A stretch of 61,161 nucleotides of DNA, counting the filler, from Basidiobolus ranarum (lineage: Eukaryota), in the NCBI GenBank assembly GCA_040143965.1. It is 11 parts of 11 records of this genome, joined end to end, with 100 filler letters (N's around TTAATTAATTAA, not from the genome) between each part and the next. Parts side by side here need not be neighbours in the genome. Positions count along the whole stretch, not along the records: positions 22,318 to 27,790 come from JASJQH010001586.1; positions 27,891 to 33,360 come from JASJQH010001587.1; 9 more parts are not named here. One strand, written 5' to 3'. The notes below the pieces were generated by a model that searched no databases, had not been told where the DNA came from, and saw nothing but the letters and a program-made list of their open reading frames with translations. Below, piece by piece: positions 22,500 through 33,360 of this stretch; positions within the stretch are counted from its first letter, which is position 1, and every line of letters starts with the position of its first letter. A program made the translations under genes and the position numbers.

Positions 22500-25238
22500 C
22501 TACTCGTCAAACTTTACTTTTGATGATTTTAAGATCGATATCATACCCATTGGTACTAGCTCACTATCCATCAAATGTAGACATCCAAATGTATCCCGAA
22601 ATTGGTGTACATAATGGCACACAATCCATTCCCAGTAAACATCTGAAAATTCACCATCCTGCGCTCCACTCCTAAGCTGGAAGGCGTTATCAAACACTTC
22701 TGCTGAATACGATGGTGATTCAGGACTTGTAAGCGATAAAAGTTCTTCATACGTTTCGAACCACTGGACAAGTCTAGTTTCACGACCTTCACAATATTCA
22801 TCAAAGGAAAGCAACCTCTTCACTTTGTCTCCGTATTCGTTTTGTTCTTCAACAAGAATACTTGCAAATTTCCGTTTCTCTTTAGAGGTTAATTCATCAC
22901 CCGAATCATCCAAGTCATCAGAAGCTCCATCGTTGTAACGGTAAACCGGTTCTCTTGCTTTATCATAGGCTGCCTTCTTTTCGTTGTATAATTTCTCGTC
23001 CTTCTCAGGCAATTGACTAAATCCATCACCAGACTCATCACTCTCCATTGCCTTCCGAAGTGCTAAAATTTCTATGAAAGGATTCTTGAGGCCAAGGCCA
23101 CCAGCGTTAATTGGCCAGTATATCCAAGCGTCGGGGATAGTAGCATCCTGAAATGAAGGTATCCGCGCCTTGATGATCGTAGACAAGCATGTCAAAACAT
23201 TACCGTTATGTTGACGGAAGATTTTATTCTCAATCATCTTTAGTGCCTCGATGACTTGGTTGGCATGTTGCACACCAAAGACATTAGCGAATTTCCCGAA
23301 GTTTCGTAAAAAGAATGCCATGTATTTGTTAAAAACGTTGACCCATTCAATGATGGAATTGGCAGCAGATAGACGATTCTCCATCTCGCTAATGAACGTT
23401 GTCATACTAGATTCGTCGATGTGGAACGCGCCATCTGAATGTAGGACAATAAAGCCCCATTTCACAGTATCTTGTGGAAGAGATCCTTGTCCGTAGTATA
23501 TTGGTGGTACATCTTTTTCCAAATGTTCTTTGCTTAAAGGGAACTGGTTTAGATTACTGGATGCAGCAATATCTTGAAGTTTATCAGCTGAGAAAATGGT
23601 CACGGATCCGCTCTTTTCTTGGTTGAGTTTTAGACCCATTATATCGGAGAATTTCTTCATATTGTTCCAAGCTAACTCGACTTTGCTGCTATCGCTGTCC
23701 CAAAACCAGAGATCGTCATGAATACGGTACAGGAAGATACCGGTGGATCGAACTATATACAGATCTAATCCGAATAGTATAGTCTCAGCAAATATCGTCG
23801 ATAGCAAATGAGAAATAGGGACACCGCGCTGACGGGTCTGCAGAGATTTATCTGAAGGAAGCACTATAGGTGTCTTTAGGTACTGTTCAAAGAAATTCAT
23901 CCATATTTTAGGAACTCCGAAGAACTCCAAAAATACTTGAATCACTTGATGTGGAATTGAAGGGCCAAACCATTCGAAATCTGAACGAACGATGGTGAAC
24001 CCCTGATCCGGCTTTAAAGTCTGATGTAGGCGAGCTTCTACATTCATCAAATGAAGAAGACCATGTTTGATGTCCATCGCACTCTTCTTTTCAGAATCGT
24101 CGTCGGAGTTGTTTTCATTTCCATTGTCTTCAGCGTAGGCATTTTTAGATTGGAATTCAACAGAATCTGGTAATGATGAGAGTAGAAAAGTCGAACGCTG
24201 CAGCTTTTGTCGATGCCCTACAATGGTACGTTTATGGAGGACGTCGGGCTTTACCCATATGTTGGAATCATAGATACTGATGAACTTTTTCTTCAAGAAC
24301 GCACACCACTCAGCACCAACATATTGCAGAAATAACGCCGTGATAATATCCTCCTCCATAAATGCTCGATATTTACCATTGAGACCTCTGCGAAGATCGA
24401 CGGGTACGCCTTCCTCGGGCCAACACCAATTTGCTACATTTCGTAACATAACATTCAAAACAGATGCAAATTCTTTCAAGATCGTCTCGTTTTCCCGAAC
24501 TTCCTGTAACACTGTTTGTTTATCAGCTGGTAATAAATCCGAATTCAGCAATCCATCGACTGTGTGCTTCATATTTTCCTCAGTGACTATTCTTTCGCAA
24601 AGATCGCTCCCAAATTCACCCACTTCCTTGATGACAGTATCCAAAAACTCTTTGTCTTCTTTACTATCAAGATTAAAAATCTCATTATTCAGAAAATCTT
24701 TAACAGTAGCAGGATCAACATCGGCCTTATCAAATATCATATCACGAAGCTGCTGTTCTGTTTCTAGCTTGGCTGATTTCACCTCAGCCGAAGAGGCAGT
24801 TTGGTCAACCTCGATCCATGAATCAGTATCTGTGGAGGTATTTTCTGAGCCAAGCCATTCTGACATTATAAGTCCAAAATGATAGGCATATTCGGAGCGC
24901 TGCAGCTCACGATTGACATCCTTCTTTAACCGGTCGATCCAGTATTGGAGCAAATACGAGCTAGTGGAAGGATCACTAGAGGCTTGAAGTATCAAAGTTT
25001 CGATATTTTCCAACTGTAATACCGAATCTGTTTGGGGAATAGGGGTATCTTTAACTCCTTGGCACAGTATCTTCAGCTTCTCTAGAAGATCGGTACTATT
25101 TTCTGTGTTATGAAGGGTTTTCTTGTGGTGTGCATCCAATCTAGTCTTTTGGCTTTTCAATTCGTTTAGTTTGATTGAAGTGATAGCACTTAAGGTATCT
25201 TTGTAAGAAGAGCCAGTCATCTTCGAGTTGGTATTCAT
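22500..25238 (-). CDS. rvt: RVT-class cellular (non-mobile) reverse transcriptase-related protein, ~906-912 aa, intronless
   Basis: N-terminal coiled-coil-like TLSAITSIKLNEL. RRGLNGKYRAFMEEDIITALFLQYVG..W; motif A IVRSDFEWFGPSIPH; motif B RGVPISHLLSTIFAETILFGLD; motif C LYRIHDDLWFW (23712-23723); GLKLNQEKSGS; VKWGF; YWPINAGGLGLKNPF. No endonuclease, RNase H, integrase or LTR. Likely ATG at 25238 or 25220 (the ORF is open to 25343). Confidence 0.9.
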   Translation of the reverse strand: MNTNSKMTGSSYKDTLSAITSIKLNELKSQKTRLDAHHKKTLHNTENSTDLLEKLKILCQGVKDTPIPQTDSVLQLENIETLILQASSDPSTSSYLLQYWIDRLKKDVNRELQRSEYAYHFGLIMSEWLGSENTSTDTDSWIEVDQTASSAEVKSAKLETEQQLRDMIFDKADVDPATVKDFLNNEIFNLDSKEDKEFLDTVIKEVGEFGSDLCERIVTEENMKHTVDGLLNSDLLPADKQTVLQEVRENETILKEFASVLNVMLRNVANWCWPEEGVPVDLRRGLNGKYRAFMEEDIITALFLQYVGAEWCAFLKKKFISIYDSNIWVKPDVLHKRTIVGHRQKLQRSTFLLSSLPDSVEFQSKNAYAEDNGNENNSDDDSEKKSAMDIKHGLLHLMNVEARLHQTLKPDQGFTIVRSDFEWFGPSIPHQVIQVFLEFFGVPKIWMNFFEQYLKTPIVLPSDKSLQTRQRGVPISHLLSTIFAETILFGLDLYIVRSTGIFLYRIHDDLWFWDSDSSKVELAWNNMKKFSDIMGLKLNQEKSGSVTIFSADKLQDIAASSNLNQFPLSKEHLEKDVPPIYYGQGSLPQDTVKWGFIVLHSDGAFHIDESSMTTFISEMENRLSAANSIIEWVNVFNKYMAFFLRNFGKFANVFGVQHANQVIEALKMIENKIFRQHNGNVLTCLSTIIKARIPSFQDATIPDAWIYWPINAGGLGLKNPFIEILALRKAMESDESGDGFSQLPEKDEKLYNEKKAAYDKAREPVYRYNDGASDDLDDSGDELTSKEKRKFASILVEEQNEYGDKVKRLLSFDEYCEGRETRLVQWFETYEELLSLTSPESPSYSAEVFDNAFQLRSGAQDGEFSDVYWEWIVCHYVHQFRDTFGCLHLMDSELVPMGMISILKSSKVKFDE

Positions 25239-25314
25239 CCTAGAGGGAAAAATAGAGATCTTTGAAGAGTAGGTTTGGAAACAGTCGGTGGTGTAAGAAT
25301 TATATTTTAGCAGT

Positions 25315-25352
25315 CTATTTAAGCAGGAAATGACGCATACCATTAAACGTCA
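25315..25352 (-). promoter_or_regulatory. Putative rvt promoter: inverted pair of TGACG (bZIP ATF/CREB-type) half-sites next to a TATA-like element
   Basis: TGACG at 25331-25335 and CGTCA at 25348-25352. TTAAATAG on the minus strand at 25322-25315, ~80-115 bp upstream of the ATG. Confidence 0.35.
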
Positions 25353-25910
25353 ATTTTACCTAAACGAGACGATCTGGCATAGCCAAAAGTTAATCTATAT
25401 TATCACTAACATATTTAATTGCTGAGTAATAATTGCGGATTGTAACTAGGTACTCAGAAAAAGCGCATAAAAGAATAAATAGAATATACCAAGCGTTCGC
25501 CAGATACACACAAGATGGCTATTCCATTGTTACCTTTTTGAGAACCTTCAGTTTAATATAATTCGACCCAATCCCCACATTATTTCTCTTTCTCTTCTCT
25601 TTCTCATTTCTCTTATGCTGAAGTGGTAGTACGAATACTAATGCCAGATGTTATCTAATTTGCTACTATCAAAATCTGATATCCTTGAAACCATCATCCA
25701 CCAATCATATTGCAAACCTGAAAGAGTGAGCATTACACCATACCAAGCCATCCGACAGCGCTATAACTTAAAATGGCTATATCGGATGCTAGCTTCCATA
25801 GTTGGTCTTCCGCCTTCCTTCCTTGTAGGAGATCCCCTGAATTGTAAATCTGATAACCTTGTCGAATATATATTCAATGAGGGGATTTTCTCTATTGCCA
25901 CGGCTTCATC

Positions 25911-27089
25911 ATGTTGTCTTCATCAGTCGAGACCCGCATCGCCATCATTGGGGCTAACTACGCCGGTCTTTCAGTGGCAAAAAACCTTTGCACTCTGTTT
26001 GCTACTGAAGAAGAACACCGTATCAAGATCTCCATTTTTGACAAACGTGATGGATTCGTCCATGACATTGGTATGACTCGCGGGTTAGCATGTCCAGAAT
26101 TCGGTGAAGGCCTTTGGATCGACTATACTGAGTTTCCATGGATAAACTCCGAAATGATTGAGATTGTTAAGGCCGAGGTAGTTGCTGTTTACAAGAACCA
26201 TCTAGTATTGGAGGATAAGAAAGAGATTCCTTTTGACTACGCAATTATTGGTACTGGTCTTCATCGTAACCCCCCGATTTGGCCAATAGCCACTAGCAAG
26301 AAAGAGTTTGTTGACGAGATAACCGAATACAACAAGAAAACTTTACTTGATACTGATTCAGTAGTAGTGGTTGGTGCTGGTGCGGTCGGTGTTGAAATGG
26401 CCGCAGATCTCAAATGTGAATTCCCCGAGAAGAAAGTGACATTGATCCATTCACGTGCTGCCCCCATCGTTGGTCCATTTAGTCAAGAATTCCGCGACAA
26501 AGTAGTTGAAGAATTGGAGATCATGGGTGTTGAATTGGTCTTTAACGAAAGAGTAAAGACGCAAGAGGAGATTGTTACAGAAGAAGGGGAGAAGAAGATT
26601 TATGAAATCATCACTGAGAAGGGCCGAAGAATCTTAGCGAATGCTGTTATAAATTGCACTGGAACCGGTAAACCTGCTTCAAGCTTTTTACGTCTAGATG
26701 AGACCACAGAGGAGCCATTGCTCACCGATTCACGCCTAATCCGTGTTCGTGAATCCATGCAGCTGGCCGACCCAGCATATCCCCACATATTTGCCATTGG
26801 TGATGTCAATGATTTCCAAGATATCAAACTTGCTGGAGCAGCTATTTATCAAGGCTACTTTGCTGCTAGAAATATTCACAAACTTGTTACCATCGCTGAT
26901 GCTGATGTAGAGCTTGAGAAGTATCCTCGTCTTCACCAGCATCTGATCCTTATTATGGGACGTGAGCATGGTGCCTCGGAGACCGCCGACGGGGTTGGAG
27001 GTTTAGAGACTGTAAGAAGTCTCATGATGGACGACATGGGATTAACGACATGTAAAAAGACCCTTGGCTATTTTGGCGAAGCGCAATAA
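25911..27089 (+). CDS. AMID/FSP1 (AIF-like) FAD/NAD(P)H-dependent oxidoreductase
   Basis: FAD-binding IAIIGANYAG, FDYAIIGTG, NAD-binding VVVVGAGAVGVEMAADL, KKVTLIHSR and IFAIGD. 392 aa, intronless, TATA-like at ~25866. Confidence 0.88.
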   Translation: MLSSSVETRIAIIGANYAGLSVAKNLCTLFATEEEHRIKISIFDKRDGFVHDIGMTRGLACPEFGEGLWIDYTEFPWINSEMIEIVKAEVVAVYKNHLVLEDKKEIPFDYAIIGTGLHRNPPIWPIATSKKEFVDEITEYNKKTLLDTDSVVVVGAGAVGVEMAADLKCEFPEKKVTLIHSRAAPIVGPFSQEFRDKVVEELEIMGVELVFNERVKTQEEIVTEEGEKKIYEIITEKGRRILANAVINCTGTGKPASSFLRLDETTEEPLLTDSRLIRVRESMQLADPAYPHIFAIGDVNDFQDIKLAGAAIYQGYFAARNIHKLVTIADADVELEKYPRLHQHLILIMGREHGASETADGVGGLETVRSLMMDDMGLTTCKKTLGYFGEAQ

Positions 27090-27717
27090 GTCTTCTAGTT
27101 ATACATCAGTCATCACTTGCATTTACATACATAATAATAAATACCAACTGTTACACCAATATGCTCACTATTGATTATCTGAATGTAAGTATCGTTGTTA
27201 ATATTTACTCTTTTTCATTACTTTGTCTTTCTCGTATTGGCGGATATTTTGGAATTAGTTATTCTTAGACTGAAGTGGCGTTATTTACCGAAATTTCTCC
27301 CGTTTCAAGCATCTATGACGCCAGTTCTTGCTAGGATTCTTCGGTGGCTAGAATGATTTCAGATTCTCCTCCTGCTCACCGAGGGGTGGAATAGGTTCAA
27401 TATAATGCCATTCTCTTTTGTTAAGCTAGAAAGTATCGTACAAGAGCAAATAAGAAGTGGTATAGGGATAAGCTGATTAGAAGCAATATATGTAGAATCA
27501 AAATCAAGTATTGTGTTATTAGGGTTTTTACTTTTAGAAAAAATACTTGAATATATGAAGATCAGTCTTCTTAAAAAATTACTGGCCAGTGTATTTTGGA
27601 ATATACAGTGCAGGAGTCGACTTCATCAAATATTTACTATTATTATGCTATACTCGATTGATGCGAATAAAATGTTACCAGCTTTGTAAATGACTGTGTT
27701 ACTTTGAAAGTTTATCA

Positions 27718-27790
27718 TATTGAAATTAACATAGCCTAAGCACCCATATAGTCACATATAGCTTAGTATTTAGTTATTTCATATTGAACT
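27718..27790 (+). mobile_element. Copia family A LTR, 5' part at contig end
   Basis: Matches the start of the LTRs at 5927 and 13063. Confidence 0.8.
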
Positions 27791-27891
27791 NNNNNNNNNN
27801 NNNNNNNNNNNNNNNNNNNNNNNNNNNNNNNNNNTTAATTAATTAANNNNNNNNNNNNNNNNNNNNNNNNNNNNNNNNNNNNNNNNNNNNA

Positions 27892-30800
27892 ATGTACCGG
27901 ACGGTTGACTTGGCTCGTTATGTGTGTGATGGTTATCTTGTGTTCCTTGGTCGAAATGACCAGCAGGTCAAAATCCGTGGATATCGCATTGAGCCTGGTG
28001 AGATCGAGTCGTGCTTAATAGAGCTTTCACATATACGTGAAGCTATAGTGGTATCCCACGGTGATAAGCGACTCATCGCCTACGTCGTAGCTGAGCCCAA
28101 TGAAAAGCTTGCTAGTACACTTCGTGGTCATCTGGCGACCAGGCTTCCTGGATATATGATACCAGCAGCTTTTGTACGCTTGGATACACTGCCGTTAACA
28201 ATCAACGGTAAGATCGACCGAAAAGCGTTGCCTGAACCGGATGACAAGGCCTTCGCCCACCAGACTTATGAGGAACCCCTAGAAGGAACAGAAACTCTAC
28301 TCGCATCCATATGGAGTGAACTTCTCAAGATTGAACGTATCAGTCGCAATGACAGTTTCTTCGCTCTTGGTGGCCATTCGCTGCTCGCCATAAAAGTGAT
28401 CGAACGACTGCGCCGGCTCGGTTTGATGGTTCCTGTGCGTTTGCTGTTTGACACGACAAAACTTAGCGCACTCGCTCAATCTCTAAATAAACATCGTGAA
28501 GTAAATGTACCGCTCAATCTTATTACATCTAGCACTACTAAACTAACTCCGGATCTGTTACCATTAATCCAACTCACACAAGCCGACATAGATAGTATCA
28601 TTCAACGGACTCCAGGAGGTGTGGCCAACATTCAGGATATATATGCCTTATCTCCACTGCAGGATGGTATCCTGTTTCATCATCTAATGACTACCAAGGG
28701 AGATCCTTATCTGCTAACGATACAGATGACTTTTGACAACCGCGAGTTGGTTGATCGTTTCTTGGATGCAGTTCAACAGGTGGTTAATCGCCATGATATA
28801 CTACGCACAGCCTTTGTTTGGGATAATATCTGCACTCCAGCCCAGGTTGTTTGGCGTCACGCACCGTTGTCCATCAGTAAACTCGCATTGAGTGCAGATG
28901 AAGGTCCAGCTGAAGAGCAACTGCGTAAACGTTTCGATCCTCGTCAATATCGCATGGACTTGTCTCAGGCACCCCTGATACACTTCATAGTTGGGCAAAA
29001 CAGCGATGGACGCTGGACAGTTATTCAATTATTGCATCATTTAATCGGTGATCACTCTACCTTAGAAGAGATGAATACGGAGATTCAGGCATTTCTCGAA
29101 GATCAGAGTGAAGCCCAGCCAGCACCTCGGCCCTTCCGTAATTTAGTGGCGCTAGCGCAATTAGGAGTGAGCCAAGAGGCGCACCATCGCTTCTTCACTG
29201 ACATGTTGGCTGAGGTGGATGAGCCAACTCTGCCGTTTGGTCTAACCGAAGTTCATCATGATGGTGCTGATGTCAGTGAATCTCACCGAATGCTACCACA
29301 GTTGTTAAACGATAGGTTGCGCGTTCAGGCCAAAATTTTGGGTGTCAGCCTTGCTAGTTTATGCCATCTGGCATGGGCCCATGTACTCGCACGCACTAGT
29401 AGTCAACAGCGGGTTGTTTTCGGTACTGTGTTGTCTGGACGCTTGCTAACAGGTGAAGGAGCAGATCGAGCTATGGGGCTGTACATGAATACACTTCCCA
29501 TACGCATTGATGTTGATGGTCATAGCGTTATAGAGAGCGTTCGACAAACACATGGGTACTTGGCCGCGCTAATGGAACACGAGCATGCGTCACTAGCTCA
29601 AGCCCAGCGCTGTAGTAATGTTCCAGCTGGTACGCCACTGTTCAGTGCTCTATTAAATTATCGGCATAACGCAATGCCGATAAGCTGTAGTATAGCAACC
29701 TCACTTATGGAATTCATAGGTGCGCATGAACACATCCAGCACCCCGGCATTGAAATAGTAAGCTCTCAAGAGCGCACCAACTACCCATTCATGATGTCAG
29801 TTGAAGATTTTGGAACTGCGCTAGGTCTGACAGCTCAAGTTGTGCAGCCACTTGACGGGACTAGTTTGTGCGACTATATGCAAAAGGCATTAGAACACTT
29901 AGTACATATACTTGAGTGTACACCAGACGTAGCAGTTCAGCAACTAGAGATTCTTCCTGATGAAGAGCGCGAGCTTTTGGTCGAGATAAGGAATGCCACA
30001 TGTAGTGATTACCCTCAATATCAGTGTATTCATCAATTATTCGAACAACAGGTTGAGTTTAATCCCGATGCCACTGCTTTAGTGTATGGGGATCAAATAT
30101 TGAGTTATGATCAATTAAATGCATGTGCTAACAACCTCGCACATCGTCTTATCGAATTAGGCGTTCAGCCAGATATGCGTGTGGCCATCTGTGTGGAACG
30201 CTCACCAGCGATGATGGTAGGGCTACTAGCAATCTTGAAAGCGGGAGGAGCCTATGTACCACTTGATCCAGCATATCCAAGGGACCGTCTCATACACATC
30301 ATTGGTGATGCAACCCCATCTATCTTGTTAGCCGACGTGGCTGGACGGTCAGTGATCGGTGAAGAGCTACTGGCCTCACTAATCGTGCTTGATCCCAATT
30401 CGCCGCTGCCAATGACTACGGTCAATTTAATGATCCCTGCGTTAACTTCTCGTCATCTCGCTTATGTAGTTTACACTTCCGGCTCCACCGGTGTTCCCAA
30501 AGGAGTCATGATCGAGCATCGAAGCGTTGTAAACCTAATAAAGGCACAAACAGTCAGTTTTAGGGTTGATTCCTCCAGCCGAATCTTGCAGTTTGCTTCT
30601 TTCAGTTTTGATGTGAGCGTTAGCGAGATCTTTACAGCTTTATGTTGCGGTGCAAGCTTATATTTGCCACCTGATGCTATCCGTCGTCACCGGAATGACC
30701 TGTTTGGGTATCTGGAGAACCATAATATCACTCATGCTACATTGCCACCGGCTCTACTTCAGGATGGCAAGGGTCTACCTATCTTGAGTACAAACCTGAA

Positions 30801-33360
30801 GATTATTCTGACAGGTGAGGCGCCCAGCGTAACATTGGTTCAAACCCTGGCTAATCGGGGACTGGTCTTTAACGCATATGGCCCCACAGAAACAACTGTT
30901 TGGGCTACTGTATGGAAATGTTTACCTGATCTCAGAAGTGAAGCAGTCCCCATTGGTAGACCTATGACGAATACACGTATTTATATACTAGACATGCACG
31001 GTCAATTAGTTCCATCTGGTGCAATCGGAGAAGTGTATATTGGTGGTGTCGGTGTTGCTCGCGGTTATCTGAATCGTCCTGAATTGACGACTGAGCGATT
31101 TATCCGCGATCCATTTAGTGCATTCGATGATGCCCGCATGTACAGGACGGGTGACTTGGCTCGTTATGAGGCTGATGGTAATCTTGTGTTCCTTGGTCGG
31201 AATGACCAGCAGGTCAAAATCCGTGGATATCGCATTGAGCCTGGTGAGATTGAGTCATGTTTAATGAAGCACTCATATGTGCGTGAAGCAGTTGTAATAG
31301 TGTTGGATGAGGAAAGTGATAAAAGACTTGTGGCCTACATTGTAGCTGAGCCTGATGAACAACTTCCGCATCTATTACGTGAGCACCTCACATCCATGCT
31401 TCCAGAGTACATGATACCAGCTTCTTTTGTGCGCCTGGATATTCTTCCTTTGACGCCCAATAGTAAACTTGATCGTAGAGCACTACCGCTACCAAATGAC
31501 CAAGCGTTCTCCAGATATGTATACGAAGCACCCCAAGGTGCAATCGAAATTTCACTCGCTGAAATCTGGAGTGAGCTCCTCAATGTTAAACTGATCAGTC
31601 GCCACGACAATTTCTTCACCCTTGGTGGACACTCACTGCTCGCCGTACAAATGATTGAGCACTTACATCGCATAAATATAAAAATTTCTGTACGTGCACT
31701 CTTTGATTCTTCTAATCTCAGAGAGTTGGCTAGTTCTCTAGATAAACATTCTGAAGTAATTGTGCCTCAGAATCACATCACACCTGCCACTGCATCCTTA
31801 ATACCTGACCTGCTACCGCTAATACATCTCACACAAGCAGAGATAGATCGTATCGTGGAGCAGACTCCAGGAGGTGTGAGTAATATTCAGGATATCTATT
31901 CTCTGGCTCCATTACAGGATGGTATCTTATTCCATCACCTTTTGGCCACGGAAGGAGACCCATATCTTTTGGTCACTCACCTGGCTTTCAATAACCGTGA
32001 GCTTCTGGATCGATACCTGGCTGCTGTTCAACAAGTAGTAAATCGTCATGACATCTTGCGAACTGCCTTTATCTGGGAGAATTTATCTAATCCAGCGCAA
32101 GTTGTTTGGCGTAATGCCGCGCTGTTCATCACTGAAATCTCTGTTAACGGATATAACATTGAGCAACTGAAAGAACAATTTGATCCTAGCCATCATCGTA
32201 TTGATTTAACTCAGGCACCGTTGTTGCATTTTGTGATCGCACCACTCAGCGACGGTAAATGGCTAGTTATTCAATTGTTACATCATCTAATCGGTGATCA
32301 CTCAACCCAAGATGCAATGAACGCTGAAATTAAGGCTATTCTCGACGGTCAGTGTAGCTCTCTACCATCTCCTCAGCCATTCCGTAACCTTGTAGCCCAG
32401 GCACGATTAGGGATGAGTCAACAAGCTCATGATCAATTCTTTACTGACATGCTGGGTGAGGTGGATGAACCAACATTGCCATTCGGTCTATCTGACGTTC
32501 ATGGGGATGGTGGCGACATCACTGAATCACACCAAATGCTGTCACAACAGCTAAATAATAGGCTGCGTGTTCAAGCTCGACGTTTGGGTGTCAGTGTCGC
32601 CAGTCTATGTCATTTAGCATGGGCTCAAGTATTGGCATGTATTAGTAGTCAACAACAAGTGGTGTTTGGTACTGTATTGCTTGGACGAATGCATGCTGGC
32701 CAAGGAGCTAACTGTACGATGGGTCTGTTCATGAATACACTCCCAATACGCATCGATATTGACAATGTTAGTGTTCAAGATGGTGTGCGTCAGGCACATT
32801 CCCGCCTGGCCTCACTTCTTGAGCACGAAAATTCATCGTTGGTGTTGGCCCAACGTTGTAGCAGGGTATTAGATGGTGTACCACTGTTTAGCGCTTTACT
32901 GAACTATCGGCACAATGAAATGCTGTCAAATGGGGACACCCCTGCTGCTGGTATTGAAATATTAGCGTGTAAAGAACGTACCAGCTACCCATTCACTCTA
33001 TCTGTCGATGACTATAGCACAGCACTAGGTTTGACAGCTCAAACTGTACAACCATTCGATCCATCTTGTGTATGCTGCTATATGCACAAAGCACTTGAGA
33101 GCTTAGCCAGTGCACTTGAAATTTCTCCCAACTTGCCAATTTGTCAATTGGATATTCTTCCTAATGATGAACGTCAGCTCTTACTTGAGACAAAGAGCAC
33201 CTACATTCCAGGCTATCTAGATCCCCAATGCATTCACCAGTTATTTGAGCAACAGGTAGAGCGCACTCCCCATGCCACCGCACTGGTATTCGAAGACCAG
33301 GTGTTGAGTTACACCGAGCTTAATGAACGCGCCAACAATCTCGCTCATCGGCTCATCGAT
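27892..33360 (+). CDS. Bacterial-type multimodular NRPS, internal fragment: (A)-T-E/C-A-T-E/C-(A)
   Basis: T domains FFALGGHSL and FFTLGGHSL. C domains HHLIGDH with N-terminal HHLxxxxGDPY dual E/C motifs. Complete A domain (LKAGGAYVPLDP, YTSGSTGVPKG, NAYGPTE, YRTGDL, QVKIRGYRIEPGEIE). The frame is open across the whole contig and truncated at both ends. Confidence 0.96.

Noticed and set aside
24280-24882. 200-aa ORF antisense to rvt (and 25648-26076 overlapping the oxidoreductase)
   Set aside because: Shadow ORFs with no motifs or independent signals.
21741-25343. Retroviral-type protease next to the rvt RT as one retroelement
   Set aside because: They are separated by a linker, lie on opposite strands, and the RT is rvt-type rather than gypsy-type.
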